Positions 60,803 through 64,000 of a DNA stretch of 64,000 bases are shown in pieces. The notes under the pieces were generated by a model. That model saw only the letters and a program-made list of their open reading frames with translations, had not been told where the DNA came from and searched no databases. Positions within the stretch are counted from its first letter, which is position 1, and every line of letters starts with the position of its first letter. This stretch comes from Prosthecobacter debontii (GTDB taxonomy: Bacteria > Verrucomicrobiota > Verrucomicrobiia > Verrucomicrobiales > Akkermansiaceae), in contig CAMBTP010000011.1 in the NCBI GenBank assembly GCA_945870855.1, positions 3,767-67,766 of the forward strand, read 5' to 3'. The translations under genes were made by a program, and so were the position numbers.

Positions 60803-61810
60803 ATGGCCACCTTCACCGCCACATCACCGAATAACAGCCAGTTTCCCTTCGAACTCGTCCGGCCGGATTTGGAGAAAGTAGAGATCGCGATCCGCGGCCA
60901 AGTGCGGGACTTCGATTCCGCAGTAGAGCCATACATCGCCTACATCTGCAACACCTCTGGGAAAAGGATACGACCTGCTCTAGCCATCCTGATCGGTGGC
61001 GCGGCGGGCGGTGTGAATGAGGACCACCGCAAGATCGGCGTGATCCTTGAGCTGATCCACATGGCTACCCTCGTTCACGATGACATCATCGACGGCGCGA
61101 TCGCACGCCGCTCGATGCCGACAGCAAACGCGAAATGGGGCAACGCCCTCGCCGTTCTGTTAGGCGACGCCCTTTTCTCCCATGCACTCACGCTCGCTAC
61201 CGATTTTAACTCGATCGACATCTGCCGCAAAGTGGGCAACGCCGCGCGCGAAGTTTGCCAAGGGGAAATCCTGCAAACGCAACGTCGCTTCGACCTGACG
61301 CTCTCGAAAGAAGATTATTTCCGCGTGATCGAGATGAAAACAGGAGCGCTGTTTGCCGCCGCCACGAGCCTTGCCGCCGCCGTTTCCGGACTGGGCGAAA
61401 GCGATCAAGCCTCTCTCGCCGCTTACGGGATGAAACTCGGCACCGCTTACCAGATTTACGACGATTGCCTCGATCTGGTCGGTTTGGAAGAGGTCGTCGG
61501 CAAAACGCTCGGCACGGATCTCGCCAAGGGAAAGCTTACCCTGCCCATCCTCAACCTCCTTGAATCCGTTTCCGAAAACCAACGCGATGTCATCAACAAG
61601 CGCATTCTTGACGAGCTCGAAATCGATTTGCCGGCACTCGTCGGCACTGCCCAATACCAAGCTGCGCTGGAAAGCGCCGTGGGCACAGCCTTGGATCTTC
61701 TCGAAGGCTGCCGCGCGGATCTCGGTGTGTTGTCGGCATCTGAATACAAGGACGCGCTCGTGCAGATCACCCGTTTCCTTGAGACGCTGCTGAGTAAATG
61801 CCGCAACTGA
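60803..61810 (+). CDS. Polyprenyl diphosphate synthase
   Basis: GKRIRP, ELIHMATLVHDDIID (FARM), KTG.LF, YQIYDDCLD (SARM), GK.TLP. Start placed at 60803. Confidence 0.93.
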   Translation: MATFTATSPNNSQFPFELVRPDLEKVEIAIRGQVRDFDSAVEPYIAYICNTSGKRIRPALAILIGGAAGGVNEDHRKIGVILELIHMATLVHDDIIDGAIARRSMPTANAKWGNALAVLLGDALFSHALTLATDFNSIDICRKVGNAAREVCQGEILQTQRRFDLTLSKEDYFRVIEMKTGALFAAATSLAAAVSGLGESDQASLAAYGMKLGTAYQIYDDCLDLVGLEEVVGKTLGTDLAKGKLTLPILNLLESVSENQRDVINKRILDELEIDLPALVGTAQYQAALESAVGTALDLLEGCRADLGVLSASEYKDALVQITRFLETLLSKCRN

Positions 61811-62422
61811 TTAGGCGGATTTCAGCACGTCCTTTTTGTCGTGGTGCAGGAAATGATCCCAGCTCTCATCGCCCAATCCGTTTTCCTGCAAACCGTAGAG
61901 CGGACGCCAGCGCGGCGCGTAGGGCTTCTCGGCGGGATGCATGTTCGCTTCGTGAGGGAGATTGTTCGACTTCCGCGTGTTGCACTTCACGCATGAGGTC
62001 ACGATGTTATCCCATGTCGTTTTCCCACCCTTGTCGCGAGGGATTACGTGATCGAGATTCAGCTTCAGCTCTGGAAAAACCTTCTCGCAATACTGGCAGG
62101 TGAACTTGTCGCGGAGGAATACATTGCGGCGGGTGAACTTCACTTCAAGGCGGGGCAGGCGATCGTAGATTGCCAGCACGATGATTTTGGGCACTCCCAA
62201 AGCAACGCGCACGCTATGGATCATTTCCAGACCGGACATGCGGTTCGAGTAGCCGATCCAGGAGCCGAGATCGTGCGTCGTGAACCTTTGCTCGCCCTCC
62301 ACCTGCACCACTTGCGCGTGTCCTAGACAGAGCAAATGTACCGCCCGCCTTGCCGAGCAAGTATGAACCGGCTGCCAGTAGCGGTTCAACACCAGCACAG
62401 GCATATCAAGTGGAGCACTCAT
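61811..62422 (-). CDS. HNH endonuclease
   Basis: VLVLN..WQP, RD.FTCQYC, LDHVIPRDKGG...WDNIVTSCVKCN. Confidence 0.9.
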   Translation of the reverse strand: MSAPLDMPVLVLNRYWQPVHTCSARRAVHLLCLGHAQVVQVEGEQRFTTHDLGSWIGYSNRMSGLEMIHSVRVALGVPKIIVLAIYDRLPRLEVKFTRRNVFLRDKFTCQYCEKVFPELKLNLDHVIPRDKGGKTTWDNIVTSCVKCNTRKSNNLPHEANMHPAEKPYAPRWRPLYGLQENGLGDESWDHFLHHDKKDVLKSA

Positions 62423-62589
62423 ATCATTTCCCAACAAAACGTTTGGAACCTAGCAAACCTCCCCGCCTCGGCAATCGAAAAGGTTGGGCGATTCACGATG
62501 CGCGGCCAAAGCACACTCACACATCTGCCATTGAAGAAATCCCCGCACGATAATACTCTCGCCCAGTCCCACCAAAAATCCCTAAGCAA

Positions 62590-63669
62590 ATGCCCAGAAT
62601 CGCCACACTTTTTTTCCTGATTTTGGCACTCCACGCGGAGGCCTCTCCCGCCGAATCAGAGCGGATCAAGCGCAGCTTCGAACTATCCGTAGAAATCTGG
62701 AAAGACAAGTTGACGATCGCCACCGATCCCGTGGAGCGGCAGAAACTCATCGCCACCCGCCCCGATCCCTCCCTCTCGGCCAAGGAACTCTGGCCACAGA
62801 TCGCGCCCTCGCTCAAGGAAGACTGGACCATCCCCTACTCCGCCTTTTTCCTCGATCTCAGCCGCAATCTCACCGTCGGCGGCGCGGACGGCAACACCGG
62901 CACAGCCTTCATCAAGGAGCGCAAACGCGTCCTCGAAGTCTTTGCCGAGAACCACACCGCAAAGCCAGGCATTGCGCCCTTCAGCATCGCCCTTGCGGAA
63001 AGCGGCGACCCGAAGAGCCTGCCTCTTTTGGAAAAAATCATAGCCGAGAATACCGACGAGCCCACCAAGGGCATTGCCGCACTGGGCGCTGCCATGCTGC
63101 TGAAAGGCTTGGGTGACGCGCCCGAAGTGATGAAAAAACGCCTCACTTACTTGCGCCAAGCCATCATCATGGCCTCCGATCAAAATATCGGCGAGACCAG
63201 CGTCGCGGATATCGTAAACGATGAGCTTTACGTGATCCGATTCCTCGCCAAGGGCCGAATCGCACCCGACCTTAGCGGCTCGGACGTCGCTGGGCGCGTG
63301 ATCCGGCTTTCCGAGCTGCGCGGAAAAACTGTAGTGCTGCTCTTTTGGGACGCAAAATCTCCGGAGACCGATAAATTCATCGGCATCACCAACCAGATGG
63401 CCGTGAAATATGCCGACAAACCCGTCGTCATCGTCGGCGTCACGCCGGAAGCGCTCGACCGCATCCGCGAGCTCCAGGGCGAAGGCTCGCTCAAATGGAA
63501 TAACATCATCGACCCGGCGGACAAACTCGCGAAGGAATACCGGATCTCCGCCAGACCCGCCGCACTCATCATCGGTCCGGCGGGAAAAATCGAATACACG
63601 GGTCTGCCGGGATCGTTCGCGGAGCTCACCGTGGACGCCCTTCTGGACGGTGATGCCCCGAAACCATAA
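62590..63669 (+). CDS. Secreted helical-repeat plus TlpA/redoxin-fold protein lacking CxxC
   Basis: Signal. C-terminal APDLSG.DVAG..IRLSELRGKTVVLLFWDAKSPET...P...IIGPAGKI redoxin fold. Confidence 0.8.
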   Translation: MPRIATLFFLILALHAEASPAESERIKRSFELSVEIWKDKLTIATDPVERQKLIATRPDPSLSAKELWPQIAPSLKEDWTIPYSAFFLDLSRNLTVGGADGNTGTAFIKERKRVLEVFAENHTAKPGIAPFSIALAESGDPKSLPLLEKIIAENTDEPTKGIAALGAAMLLKGLGDAPEVMKKRLTYLRQAIIMASDQNIGETSVADIVNDELYVIRFLAKGRIAPDLSGSDVAGRVIRLSELRGKTVVLLFWDAKSPETDKFIGITNQMAVKYADKPVVIVGVTPEALDRIRELQGEGSLKWNNIIDPADKLAKEYRISARPAALIIGPAGKIEYTGLPGSFAELTVDALLDGDAPKP

Positions 63670-63741
63670 AGCGCCCCAGCATCGAGGGCTTTGCTGACGG
63701 TGATCCTGCGAAGGGATTGCAGAGAAGAGTTTGTGCTTCGC

Positions 63742-63893
63742 GGTAGGGTCATTTTGACAAAATGACCCACGCAGCGTGTGTTAGCACGGTGATGGGGAGG
63801 AAAGCTCCGCATCAACGCCGCGAAAGGGTGAGACACGGATTTCAGATGAGGTTGCACGCACAGGGTGGGTCGTTTTATCAAAACGACCCTACC
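63742..63893. repeat. Canonical GTAG-type REP doublet (REPIN)
   Basis: ggtagggtcattttgacaaaatgacccac (63742-63770) and the inverted copy 63865-63893 (reverse complement ggtagggtcgttttgataaaacgacccac). Confidence 0.88.
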
Positions 63894-63933
63894 ATCTGCT
63901 AGGGCGATCAAGCTAGGGAGTGAAAATCCAGCT

Positions 63934-64000
63934 ATATGGAGAAGGGTGCTTCCAGCCCCTTTGCACAAGCCAAGCGAACCGATTTCCAAGTCCTCCGCAA
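63934..64000. repeat. ATGGAG-family REPIN running off the window end
   Basis: Arm atatggagaagggtgcttccagccccttt, followed by the reverse complement of the family spacer (gcggaggacttggaaatcggttcgcttgg). Confidence 0.75.

Noticed and set aside
61811-62422. HNH nuclease as part of a defence or mobile system
   Set aside because: No methyltransferase, cas or mobile genes adjacent; it sits among housekeeping genes.

Overview
A GC-rich bacterial chromosomal segment. Its gene content (DUF1501 with a PSD1/planctomycete cytochrome c protein, Verru_Chthon-type pilin-like protein, PVC-type heme-binding dehydrogenase, several sulfatase/DUF1080/autotransporter-repeat proteins) points to Verrucomicrobiota, probably Verrucomicrobiaceae (inference). 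I can support about 43 protein-coding genes: housekeeping genes (icd, nadB, recG, rseP, ygfZ, glnB, PNP, polyprenyl synthase, amidase), secreted or envelope proteins, a NarL-type two-component system, an ECF sigma operon and a RAYT/Y1 HUH transposase. I found no rRNA, tRNA, CRISPR array or reverse transcriptase. The most interesting signals are: (1) a 20-bp dyad motif, TGTC-NNC-N3-TTGRGGACT, found six times, each upstream of and co-oriented with a secreted glycan/sulfate-related or surface gene, one copy lying next to the two-component system; (2) an MlaA/VacJ lipoprotein fused to an alpha/beta hydrolase; (3) several REP/REPIN palindrome families, one copy sitting in frame inside recG; (4) a diverged duplicate of the DUF1501 gene 3' end whose substitutions fall mostly on adenines; (5) degenerate enzymes (a pseudokinase-lectin receptor, an inactive HtrA paralogue, a Cys-less redoxin); (6) a shared C-terminal domain on two large secreted proteins. 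All annotations come from motif recognition by eye; no database searches were run.
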